This document shows positions 52,907 to 64,000 of a stretch of DNA of 64,000 bases, in pieces. Within the stretch, counting starts at the first letter, position 1. Every line of letters begins with the position of its first letter. This stretch comes from Octopus sinensis. Lineage: Eukaryota. The DNA is taken from positions 94,860,001 to 94,924,000 of the forward strand of contig NC_043002.1 of assembly GCF_006345805.1 (NCBI RefSeq), given 5' to 3'. The position numbers and the translations under genes are program-made. The notes under the pieces were generated by a model that worked only from the letters and a program-made list of their open reading frames with translations, did not search any database and had not been told where the DNA came from.

Positions 52907-53245
52907 ATCCAAACCCTGATGAACACCTATCTGTACACTAAATTCATCATTATACTCAAGGTTAACTCTCATCTTAGCGATAGAACCTCTGTGAATGGCT
53001 TGCACATCTTTCACAAGCCACTCATCTACCTCTAGGTTCCTCAGAGCCCACCATATCACACAGTGGGGTACTTTGTCAGAGGCTTTCTCCAAGTCAACAA
53101 ACGTCAAGTCAGTGGTTTATTCTTAGCCAAATACTTCTGCAGTTGTCTGACTACAAAGATAACTTCAGTAGTGCTTCTCCCCAGTACAAAACCGAACTGC
53201 ATTTCAGCTAATCTGATTCTGTTCCTAATTAATTGGGCTATGTAT
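52907..53245 (-). mobile_element. RTE-type LINE RT internal fragment
   Basis: QFGF...FVDLEKASDKVP..VIWWALR...GVHQG. Confidence 0.85.
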
Positions 53246-53699
53246 ATTTATGTGTATAACCATCATTGGAATATATCTGAATGATTTATGGACTGAATTA
53301 AATTGAATACATATGTATGTATATATATATATATGCATGCACAGTTTCATATACATAGCAGGCTTTGACCATTTTTATAAGCAGCTCAGATTCACATCTG
53401 GGTTCATTTATGTTTATAATACCTGAGGCTACATATATGTATACATTTATATATATTTATATTTGTCTGTGTTGTATGCAGTATGTATGTGTATATATAT
53501 AGTGTTTATATGTTTATGTGTATCAACATAAAAACATACAGATAAATATATTACATAGCCATATGTCTGTTGTACATCATTACATGAATATATACATACA
53601 TATATATTTAAATACACATACATATTAATGTCATAAATATTTAGTGGTTGTGTTTGTAGATAGATGAATCCTTAAAAATATACTAACCTTCATAATAAT

Positions 53700-53912
53700 G
53701 TTTGTCTTCTTGCAAAATTCCTGCTTCTCATAGGAATTTGTCTTCATCCAAAAAATTTTTTGAACCCCTTAAAAAGTCTGTCTTCTATTAATTCTTTTTT
53801 GAGCCCCTCAAAAAGAAGAAAATCTCTTTCTACTAAAAAATCTATGCCTCTCCTAAAAATTCTATGTTCCCTTAAATCTTTTCTGTCCCTCCTAAAAATT
53901 CTGTCCTTTGTA
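53700..53912. repeat. Degenerate ~20-bp tandem repeat (AAAAATTCTGTCCCTCCT-like)
   Basis: Direct reading. Confidence 0.6.
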
Positions 53913-54178
53913 AAATAGAACATTTACACAGTGAAAATAAAGTATTGAAGTATCAGAAAAATATTAAATAGCATATCAAACAAGGGACGGTGGACAATTT
54001 TCTGGGCCCCAATGGATGGAAAGGGTGTTTGATTTTTTTTTTTTTCTTTTCCAGTTAGGGTCTGAATCTGGCCTTAAGTTTTCTTTAGGATATAATTTTT
54101 TGAGTGGATAGATACACATGCATGATTACAAACATACACACAATGATACATACATACATACATACATACATACATAAA

Positions 54179-54261
54179 GATAATTTAGTTAAACCAAATT
54201 TAATGTTGATTAATATAAGATTTTATATTGAATATGAATTTACAATTTAAACAGAGTAATA

Positions 54262-54328
<67 letters not shown>

Positions 54329-55081
54329 TCATACACACATACATAACATCACACTACAGATGCAGCCAGTAGATACCTCCTATTGGATCAGCATAGTAAG
54401 CCAACTCATTGTCAAACAGTTAAAGAGCAACCAAATTTAAACACCTGAGAAGCAAAGGCCAGAGTGGTGGGGACAGGGGCGATAGGTTGGGAAACTGATT
54501 GACTGGTGTTTTTAAGGGTGGGGGTTGTTCACTGGGAACAGAATGGCTTAATTGTTGCACATCAATGGCATTTAATCATACATATGTATGTATGTATGTA
54601 CGAACATATGTACTTACGTATGTTTGTATGTACGTAAATATATACATACATATGTATGGTTAGATGCCCATGATGTGCAACAATTAGTCCATTCAGGTTT
54701 CAACACTCATTCTGTTCCCATGACTAACCCCCACCCTTAAAAACGCCTGTCGATCAGTTTTTCAACCTATCTAACCCCCTGCCCATGCACTTAGGCCTTT
54801 GTTTCCCAGGTGTTTTAATTTGATTGTTGTTGGTCTCATACCTGTATTTCCTCTTTAACACTGATCCAATACATGACATCTACAGTGTGATTTCATTTGT
54901 TGCTAACTACTGAAACATATGTAACATGAAATAAAACAGTATCAAGTCAATGCCCATGTTCTTTTATATATGTGTGTGTGTATATATATATATATGTATA
55001 TAGCTTTGTTTAGATTGTAAATATGTATTCAATATAAAATCTTATCTTAGCCAACATTAAATTTGGTTTAATTTAATAATC
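54179..55081. repeat. About 900-bp diverged palindrome centred on a TATG/CATA microsatellite
   Basis: 54179-54590 pairs with 54645-55081 (e.g. TTAAACCAAATTTAATGTTG / CAACATTAAATTTGGTTTAA; TTTTTAAGGGTGGGGGTT / AACCCCCACCCTTAAAAA). Confidence 0.9.
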
Positions 55082-55418
55082 ATTATGAGCTTTGTATATT
55101 GCTTTAATGATTAGTTATTACACTGATTTTTAATTAGCTGAATCACTATAAAATTTTGTCATGATTACTACAACTACGATAATCCAATTCATCAAGATTT
55201 TATTTTTTATATCTTCTCCACAAAATTGCTGTTTTACATAAATCTCAGTTATTACTGTTAGAAACTAAAAACTGATTTTGTGCAATGTGCAAACCAAAGC
55301 AGAAATAATTACAACTAAGCTTTCCTTGCTAGATGTCCATTCTGCTTCCAAGAATAACTCCATCAACACATACATATCTTGATAATGATCAGTACTTTTA
55401 CTAACAGTACTTGTATAA

Positions 55419-55762
55419 GAAGGAGCATGACTCAGTGGTTAAAGCGTTGGGCTTACAATCATGAGGTAGTGTGTTCAATTCCTGGACTGGGCTGTGTGTT
55501 GTGTTTTTGGGCAAGACACTTTATTTCATATCACTCCAGTTCACTCAGCTGTAGAAATGAGTTGTGATGTCACTGGTGCAAAGCTGTATCAGCCTTGGCC
55601 TTTCCTTGGATAATATTGGTGTCGTAGAGAGGGGAGGCTGGTATGCATGAGCCACTGCTAGTCTTCTATAAACAATCTTGCCCAGACTTGTGCCTCAGAG
55701 GGGAACTTTCTAGGTGCAATCCCATGGTCATTCATGACTAAAGGCGGGTCTTTACCTTTTTT
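55419..55762 (+). mobile_element. tRNA-derived SINE related to family D
   Basis: ATGACTCAGTGGTTAAAGCG head; GGGCAAGACACTTTATTTCA core. Confidence 0.75.
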
Positions 55763-55800
55763 GACTTGTATTAACAGATTGAAAAGGCAGTCATTATTAC

Positions 55801-56224
55801 AAAGAAATGCAGGTGACATGCCTGTATGCAAGGACAAGTACACGTTTATTTAGTTTGAGGTGTTTTCTCAAGCACAATGAACTGCCAGGGATCTTGTTCC
55901 CTGTCATCCCTTTTGTGAGTCCCAACATCTGTAGAACATTTCTCACCACTGTCCCAAGCCTCAAATCACCAAGAAAGAATTCTATTAGTAAAGTGTTAAG
56001 TGTATAAAAATATTTGGTTTCATTGGAGAATACTTCCATGACTAGTTATAACATGATAAAGTGAAATCTATGTCAAATCATCACTTGCAGTGGAAAACAT
56101 TCCTAGCATTTTAAATATCTGCAAAACTTTTTGAAATAATCAGAAATTTTTCAAGAAATATATACTTCTTCAAAGATGTTTGATAATATAAATGTTAATC
56201 CTTAAACTATTGCAATCCTGGTTT
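55801..56224 (+). repeat. 424-bp inverted duplication, arm 1
   Basis: Reverse complement of 60053-60476, about 5 substitutions by eye. Confidence 0.95.
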
Positions 56225-57080
56225 ATTACAATCCTGAGTTTAAATTCTGCTGAGGTCAACTTCACCTTTCATCCTTTTGAGGTTAATGAAATAAGTATCA
56301 GTTGAACACTGGAGTCAATGTAATTGACCTGCCTCCTTCCCCCAAATTTCAGGCCTTGTGCCTATAAGTTGAAAGGATTATAACCAAAGCTCTAGAATAT
56401 TTTGCAGTTCCTGGTTATACATTCCCAACAACGTGACTTTTTAAAAAGTTTTTTCTGTTTTGCAAAATGTATGTACAGAAGCAGGTAGAGGTAAGAAATT
56501 GGCTTCATAATGACATGGTTCTAGGTTCAATGTTGGGAAAATCTTATACTATTGTCCCAGTCTAGCCTTATGTGTGACTTCAGTTGACAGAAACTGTACA
56601 AAGCTCATTGTGTGTGTGTATGTGTGTGTGTGTGTGTATATGTATGTAAGCCCATGAAGTATGGCTGGAGTTCTCTTGTCATTTGCCTATCAACAAATCA
56701 TTAACCATGATTTGTTATTTGAGAAGCAGGTAAAGGTTAACAGTAAGAAGGGCATCTGACTGTAAAACAATGCTTCAACAATATGCATTCATCTTACACA
56801 TGCTAGCATGGAAAAATGAATGTAAAAACGAATAAACAAGCAATAGTACTTGAAAAGTTTAAAAAATAGGTATAGTGTTAATCTATTCCTTGAAATTCTT
56901 CCATTAATTTTCAAAATCAACCATTTAAATAAAAGTTTTTTTAAAATAGTCCAAATTTTTTTTCTTAAATATCAGGTGATAATGAACTTGCATGCATTCC
57001 TTTTGGGAAACCTTAACTTTGATTCAAAACTGACTAAGATCTAGAATTTGGGTGATGTTAATGACGTTTTTATTATTGTG

Positions 57081-57515
57081 AAGGTAGCGAGCTGGCAGAA
57101 CCATTAGTACACTGGACAAAACGCTTAGCAACATTTTGTCCATCTTCATGTTCTGAGTTCAAATGTTGCTGAAATCGACTTCACTTCCCATCCTTTTGAA
57201 TCACATACTGTGGTGCATGTAATTGATTTTCCCTTCCCTTCCCTCAAAAACTACTGTTACTGTGCCAAAATTTGAAACGATTATTAAGCTAGTGAAGACA
57301 GGGAGTTGGGAGAATTGTTAGAACTTTAGATAAAACAACAGCATTTCTTCCAAATCATGTTCTGAATTTAGATTCTACCAAAGTTGACTTTACCTTCCAT
57401 CCTTTTGAAGGATTAATAAAATGTGTACCAGTTGAGCACTGGGGTCGATGTAATCAACTAATTCCATTCCTCTAAAAATTTTACTAGCCTTGTGTCAAAA
57501 TTTTAAACCATTATT
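57081..57515 (+). mobile_element. Two tandem Nin-domain SINEs
   Basis: Both units end CAAAATTT.AAAC.ATTATTAAGCTAGT. Confidence 0.75.
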
Positions 57516-57907
57516 AAGCTAGTATTTGAATTGAATTTTAGTACAAATGGTCTTACATAAAATTATCAGTGGTTTTAATTTAAATATGCACAATTAAAAT
57601 GAGGAATTTTGTATAGGAACCAGAGATGGTCTCAGGCAAGTTGATAGTGAAAGGGTTAATGTTTGAAAGGCCGCTCATCAGTCCTTTTGCTCTCTAATTT
57701 CTTATGAAATATACTTCCTATATATTTCATGTATAAGTTCAGGTATGGCTGTATGATTAAGGTTTAAGAAGCTCACTTTGTAACCATGTGGTTTTGGGTT
57801 CTCTCCTACTGCTTGCCACCATCTTCTATTGTAGACCAGAGCAAACTAATACCTTATAATAGAATTTGGTTGACAGAAGCTGTACTGAAGCCCATCAGGA
57901 AGATATA

Positions 57908-58124
57908 CAAGGAGGCACTGAAAAGTTCCTGGCTTTGGGTAAAAGAAAATACAAGGGGATCAGTTAATTATGATTTTATTCAACATATCCCCCTCTCAGA
58001 TTCACCTACTTATTGCAGTGGTCTTTCAGTTTTTCTAAGCCCTGCAAAAGAACTTGGAATTGTGGGCTTCCAACCAGGCCTTTCGTGATGCCCTTAAAGC
58101 CAGAAACGTTTCAGCACCCCCTCA
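57908..58124. mobile_element. Tc1/mariner-type MITE nested in a diverged family A SINE (57740-58360)
   Basis: TA|CAAGGAGGCACTGAAAAGTTCCTGGCTTT ... AAAGCCAGAAACGTTTCAGCACCCCCTCA|TA. Confidence 0.75.
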
Positions 58125-58441
58125 TATATAAATTTGTGGGCATGTCTTTGTATTTCTTCTCCCTACTTCCACTGCTTGACAACTGGTGTTGGTTTGTTTA
58201 CATCTCTGTATGTCAGCAGTTCTGCAAAAGAGATCAATAAAATTAGTAGCAGGCTTAAAAATCCATTACTAGAGTACTAGGGTTGATTTGCTTCACTAAA
58301 CCCTTCAAGGCAGTGTCCCAGAATGGCTGAAGTCCAATGACTGAAGCAAATAAAAGATAAATGACTGTTTTCAAATTCATTTTAAACATATTCAAGAATT
58401 TGGCAGGTTTTAGTTAATTATATAGTAAATAACTGTGACAT

Positions 58442-58606
58442 TAGGAGTGGCTGTGTGGTAAGTAGTTTGCTTACCAACCACATGGTTCCAGGTTCAGTCT
58501 CATCGTGTGGCACCTTGGGCAAGTGTTTTCTACAATAGCCTTGCGCTGACCAAAGCTTTGTGAGTGGATTTGGTAGACGGAAACTGAAAGAAGCCCATTG
58601 TATATA

Positions 58607-58647
<41 letters not shown>

Positions 58648-58871
58648 TAGTGTGTATATGTTTGTGTGTCTGTGTTTGTCCTCCCAACATCGCTTGTCAA
58701 CCGATGTTGGTGTGTTTATGTCCCCGTAACTTAGTGGTTCGGCAAAAGAGACCGATAGAATAAGTACTAGGCTTACAAAGAATAAGTCCTGGGGTTGATT
58801 TCCTTGACTAAAGGCAGTGCTTCAGCTTGGCCACAGTCAAATGATTGAAACAAGTAAAAGAGTAAAAGAGT
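58442..58871 (+). mobile_element. SINE family A, full length
   Basis: Colinear with family A. Confidence 0.9.
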
Positions 58872-59267
58872 ATACCATAACAAAATATTCTGATATAAAT
58901 TCATGGCAAGCATGTTTCATTTTAATACAATTTTCTTATAGTACAAGTGGTTTTGCATCATAGAACTATAAGTAATTTCAGAACTATAGACAAAGTTCTA
59001 TAGGCAAAGCAGTTAAAATCTGAATAGCTGAATTTTCAGAACATTAGTTGAAGTCTTCATCTTTTAGGATGTGGCTTTTTCAACATATATGGTTCATTAT
59101 TTACTGTATGGACTGAAAGCTACATTATGATTCATGATGATGCAGTGAGCCAACAGTTTTTGGCATCCCTACCAACCTTTAAGAATCATGCATTCAGTAT
59201 TCTTATTTTCAGTCTGTTACACCATATATACCTTTAATTTTTTATTTTTAATATTTTATAGTGCTAA

Positions 59268-59450
59268 AAGGCAGTGAACTAGTATAGTTGTTAGCATGTT
59301 GGGTGAAATGCTTTTGTCTGTCTTTATGTTTTGAGTTCAAATTCTGCCAAGGCTGACTTTGCCTTTCATCCGTTCTAGGTCAATAAAATAAGTACCTGTT
59401 GAATACCCTCCCCTGAAATTACTGGCCTCGTGCCAAAATTTGAAATCAGT
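59268..59450 (+). mobile_element. Nin-domain SINE with internal deletions
   Basis: GACTTTGCCTTTCATCC core. Confidence 0.75.
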
Positions 59451-59699
59451 ATTTTATATTGCAATTGGTGAATAATATCATTGTTGGTTTTGTTTCCAAT
59501 GAATCAGTCTTGGTTTGCTTCATCTTGAAGGACTGTTTGCAATATGATGCAGAAAATCTATCTCAAGAGACTTTGTCAAGTGCAAATGTTTCAATATTCA
59601 TAATGATGTTTACATCTGTCATTGTCTAGACTAATAAATATTAGATGCACAGATGTGTGTGAGTATCCAAACATACACACAACAACGCATGCATGCACG

Positions 59700-59750
<51 letters not shown>

Positions 59751-60052
59751 CCTGCTTCTGTTTAGTTACCATATACCAAATTATACTCACAAGGCATTAG
59801 TCAACCAAAGGATAAACACTTGCCTTAGGAGTACGGCAGTCTGTAGAATCACATAATTGCAAACCGACCTTTAAACCACAATGCTACATGTGTGATCAGC
59901 TGAACCATTTCTTGTCTAAAATTATAATTTATTTATTCATACATGTGTCTATGGAAATGCGAAGAATTTCAAATGAGTAACTCAATTCAGTTGGCATACT
60001 CTTTAGTATGTGTATTTATTGACACTAATAAAAACAAAAACAAAAAATGCAA

Positions 60053-60476
60053 AAACCAGGTTTGCAATAGTTTAAGGATTAACATTTATATTATCAAACA
60101 TCTTTGAAGAAGTATATATTTCTTGAAAAATTTCTGATTATTTCAAAAAGTTTTGCAGATATTTAAAATGCTAGGAATGTTTTCCACTGCAAGTGATGAT
60201 TTGACATAGATTTCACTTTATCATGTTATAACTAGTCATGGAAGTATTCTCCAATGAAACCAAATATTTTTATACACTTAACACTTTACTAATGGAATTC
60301 TTTCTTGGTGATTTGAGGCTTGGGACAGTGGTGAGAAATGTTCTACAGATGTTGGGACTCACAAAAGGGATGACAGGGAACAAGATCCCTGGCAGTTCAT
60401 TGTGCTTGAGAAAACACATCAAACTAAATAAACGTGTACTTCTCCTTGCATACAGACATGTCACCTGCATTTCTTT
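60053..60476 (-). repeat. 424-bp inverted duplication, arm 2
   Basis: See arm 1; near-identical ORFs appear on opposite strands in the ORF track. Confidence 0.95.
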
Positions 60477-60698
60477 CCAGCTGAGCATTCCTCATCTTGC
60501 AGGCTCATGGTGCTGGTGCCTCAGAAAACGCATCTGTACTGGTGCCACATAAATGCACTCATGCCAGTGCTGTGTAAAAGGACCCAGTCCACTCTGTAAA
60601 GTGATTGCCAGTTTGGAAATGATGATGATGAATCCTAACTAAAAGAAATTTAGAACAAAGATTTTATGTTGCCTGGAGCACAACAGAATTTAAGGGTT

Positions 60699-60919
60699 TA
60701 ACTCTTTAGCATTTAAACTGGCTATATTTGGCCTCAAAATAGTACTTGTTTTATGTTCAAAGTGGCTAAATCCAGCCTCTCTCTTCTACTGTACAATATC
60801 ATTCTAAAAATAGTCACATCATCAAAATAATGAAGTTATGAGATAATGCATGATTAATTCATGACAGTGAATAAATAAGCATTACATATGACAGAGTAAT
60901 CTGAATGTTAATGTGTTAA
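60699..60919. mobile_element. piggyBac-type MITE, inverted copy of 42269
   Basis: TTAA|CTCTTTAGCATTTAAA ... GAATGTTAATGTG|TTAA. Confidence 0.65.
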
Positions 60920-61107
60920 ATCTTAAAATATATATATATCTTCCAAGAAAGAGGTTGTGAATCCAACCAACTAAGGGATAATATCTATCCAATATACTGC
61001 TGGTATAATACCCAATTATTAATACACAAGTGTTTTTTCATTGCATGGCAATTACATTACCGAGTGTAATAAATAGGTTAGGGTAAAGAGTTAATTTACC
61101 ATTAATT

Positions 61108-61371
61108 TATAGAGCAATAAGAAAATGGAGGGAATCAATAGGTGGTGTTCATCAACTTTTAGACATAATATTATGTCAATTTATATATTTACTAAAAGGA
61201 TAATTATAACAATATACATATTATAACATATTAAATGTAAAGCATAATGTTATACATGTATGTATATTGTTATAATTGTCCTTTTACTAAATAAATAAAT
61301 TGACATAATATAATGAATATAATGTCTAAAAGTTGATGAATACCACCTATTGATCCCCTCCATTTACTTAT

Positions 61372-61381
<10 letters not shown>
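61108..61381. repeat. About 270-bp palindrome
   Basis: CAATAAGAAAATGGAGGGAATCAATAGGTGGTGTTCATCAACTTTTAGACAT pairs with ATGTCTAAAAGTTGATGAATACCACCTATTGATCCCCTCCATTTACTTATTG; pairing continues to a short central loop. Confidence 0.92.
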
Positions 61382-61412
<31 letters not shown>

Positions 61413-61580
61413 CAAAATTTAGAGGAATGACCACTAATAGTGGACGGTCTGTATGCTAGAAATAGACGTCAAACTCGCCATTTACCACGAAGAATGTGTT
61501 CTCAAGAAAAAATTCAGCAAAAAACCAAAGCCTAAAAATAAGCAAGAGAAATGAAAATATACGAAATAAAAAACGATTAC

Positions 61581-61655
61581 CTATGTACTAATTAGTTTCA
61601 CTTGTTAATATTTACATATATGGATACGTAAACATCTGCAAGATCATCAGCATAG
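61581..61655 (-). ncRNA. Type I hammerhead ribozyme
   Basis: CUAUG-CUGAUGA-U-CUUG..AUGUUUAC...GUAAAUAU..CAAG-U-GAAA-CUAAUUAGUA|CAUAG; palindromic stem III ACUAAUUAGU; U.U at position 10.1/11.1. Confidence 0.75.
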
Positions 61656-62469
61656 TCTGTTGTTTATGAAATACAATTTCTAGAACTAGATACAGGGCGC
61701 TCGACCGAAATCCAGCATGTATAAAGCTCCACTAATTATATTTATGTGTATCTTTCAAATGCCTTCACTTTGGCACTCTGATATCGGAAATTTCCGATCT
61801 CAGATCTTTATTATAACCCCAAGCTGAATAAAGCTTTGCGAGTGGCTTTAGCAGTCAAAAACTGAAAACACTTGTGTGTATGTGTGAGTGTGAGTGATAA
61901 CTGGTGCTGGTTTGTTTATGTTCTCCTTAACTTAACAGTTTGACAAAAGTGACCGATAGAATAAGTATCAGACTTTAAAGAAAATAAGTTCTGGGTTCAA
62001 TTTTTTCAACTAAAAAAAAATTCTTCAAGACAGTGTGGCCAAAGTCCAGTGACTGAAACGAGTAAAAGATGAAGTATGAGAAATCTTCATTGAATATTTC
62101 ACCCTTTTATTTATTTATATTTTTTACTTATTAATTCCTTGCACTTCGATAGAAGTAGCGTCAGAATATCTTTTTGTTGATGATTTTAAGGATATGCTTA
62201 CACCTTGAATGTAATATAGAAATTTTTTTTTCCTTCATTTTTACTACTTTTACTACTGCTATTTCAGCAACGGTGTGGTTCAATATTCTTTGCATGACCA
62301 TTTCTTTGAAAGGCCTTTCTAAAAATCAAAAAAGAAAACAAACAAAATATTGAACCATCCATTCACTTTTCATTGTACTTCCATTGCATATTGATGGTAC
62401 GAGAGAAATATATACGGAAGAGGGGAAAATATTCATTGCAGGTGACTCAGTTTCAAAATTAATTTTCAT

Positions 62470-62815
62470 GAGTTGTGAACAATCAGCTTTCTATATCAAT
62501 AACAATGTACATTGATATTGGTCTTGTGCATCCATTCATTAAACTGATTACATTAGTATCGAAGCTATTCTTAAGTCTTTTCAACATTTTCCATAAACCT
62601 GTTTTTGGCCAGTTCAGGGTCACCTTCTTCTGCTTCAGTTCACAGTTTTTTGCCATTTTCACATTCCAGTTCTTTTCATTTTAATCTTGATTTCCAACCT
62701 ATTCCCCCATTTCGCTGTTTGAAAATGAGTTTTGAATTGAAAGTAGCAATGTTAACTGCATCAGTATCACTGATCTCAGCCTGCAGTGGCAATAGGTGCT
62801 GCTCTTTCCTACAGT
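62470..62815 (-). mobile_element. Decayed pogo/Tigger-like transposase relic
   Basis: GWKSRLK*...KKL*TEAEEGDPELAKNRFMENVEKT*E*LRY*CNQFN resembles pogo 'GW..RFK.R...GEA..D...A..F...Y...QIFN.DE'. Confidence 0.35.
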
Positions 62816-62975
62816 CATATACATATATATACATATATTTATAACTAATATATATATATATATATAATATATATATGTATATATATAATATCTAGGCTTC
62901 TGGTTTTAAATTGATATTAATTAAATTAATATTCAAATTATCACCCTCATTATTTAAATCATATGTATATATATA

Positions 62976-63024
<49 letters not shown>

Positions 63025-63025
<1 letters not shown>

Positions 63026-63870
63026 GTGTAGTTTCAGCTCAGAACTGCGGCCATGCTGATGCACTGCCGTTTTGCTACACTGCCGTTTTGCTACACTGTT
63101 ATTACTCAGAGCCTCCTCCAATATGTGGCACTTAGTGAAGAATGGAGTTTGATGTAGCTATCCTCAGTTGCACCTCTTGCCGTAAGGTAGGTTCATTTGG
63201 GATGCTCAACAGGAAGATGTCCAGCTTTGATTTAAAAATGCCTACATCTACTTTGTGCAGGTTCCTCAGGCTCTTTGGGAGAATATTAAAAACCTGTGGA
63301 CCCCTGAAACCCAGGCTGTTGCAGTAACTGGTCCTGAAGCGCGATGGCGTTGATGGGATCTTTGGCACTAAACAGTGTTGTCCCATTCTGGCATTGGTGT
63401 AGCTTTCAATGCCAAAATTTGTTACAATTCCTTCCAGGATCTTCCAGATGTATATTACTGCATACCTCTCCCGTCTTCTCTCCAAGGAGTAGAGTCTTAG
63501 CTGTTTCAGCCTTTCCCAGTAGCTGAGCTGTTGCAAAGAGACGATCTTCTTTGTGAATCTTTTCTGGATTGCTTCAAGGTCCACTGTTAATTTCACACTG
63601 GTGGGTGACCATAGCTGTGAGCAGTAATCCAGGTGGCTGAGGATGAATGTTCTCCAGAGGACCATCATTGTTTCCTTATCTCTGGTTCTGAATGTTCTCA
63701 GGATCCATCCAGCCAGTTGTCTGCACTTTGTCACCATCCTGGTAATGTGTACTTGGAAAGAGGTATCATCACTCATGTCAATACCCAGGTCCCTCACTGA
63801 TTTAGGCTCTGGGATTGAAATTCCTTGTGGACCAGCGTACCCTGTAAGTTTCATAGTCTGTTTTGGATGC
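63025..63870 (-). mobile_element. CR1-clade LINE, 5'-truncated: RT C-terminus (open frame 63132 to about 63870) plus 3' UTR
   Basis: VRDLGI...LDYCSQLWSP...LEAIQKRFTKKI..LSYWERLKQLRLYSLERRRER are CR1-type RT C-terminal motifs; the N-terminal Met comes from flanking microsatellite. Confidence 0.92.
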
Positions 63871-64000
63871 TGGTAGCTGTGCATGTGCATATATAGATGT
63901 GTATATGAAATTTTTTGTGCGTGTATTTGTGTGTGCGCATGGGTGCTGGTATGTATATATGTACATGTGTATGATTACATATATACATGGGTGTACATGC

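Noticed and set aside
55797-60552. Duplicated ~80-100-aa ORF MEVFSNETKY... on opposite strands
   Set aside because: A by-product of the inverted duplication; no recognisable domain or splice support.

Overview
AT-rich eukaryotic (animal) non-coding DNA, intronic or intergenic. The repeat families resemble, from memory, those of Octopus genomes; this is inference and was not searched. I found no convincing host protein-coding exon, and almost all ORF-track entries are translations of microsatellites or SINEs. The window is a mosaic of: three tRNA-derived SINE families plus a Nin-domain SINE; short elements derived from RTE 3' ends; RTE and CR1-type LINE fragments; decayed Penelope-like retroelement (PLE) RT and GIY-YIG fragments; two non-autonomous Helitrons; several MITEs (8-bp TSD, TA and TTAA types); and decayed hAT-like and pogo-like transposase relics. 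Highlights: (1) a dispersed set of type I hammerhead-ribozyme motifs, one with a fully intact core (10472-10603) and others with unusual long stem II or (UA)n stem III; (2) a CR1-type LINE whose 3' tail matches the tail of the most abundant SINE, a likely SINE-LINE partner pair; (3) a high density of fold-back structures, including a ~99% identical 424-bp inverted duplication 3.8 kb apart and 270-900 bp palindromes; (4) a 529-bp tandem duplication of an RTE 3' end. Boundaries of diverged repeats are approximate.
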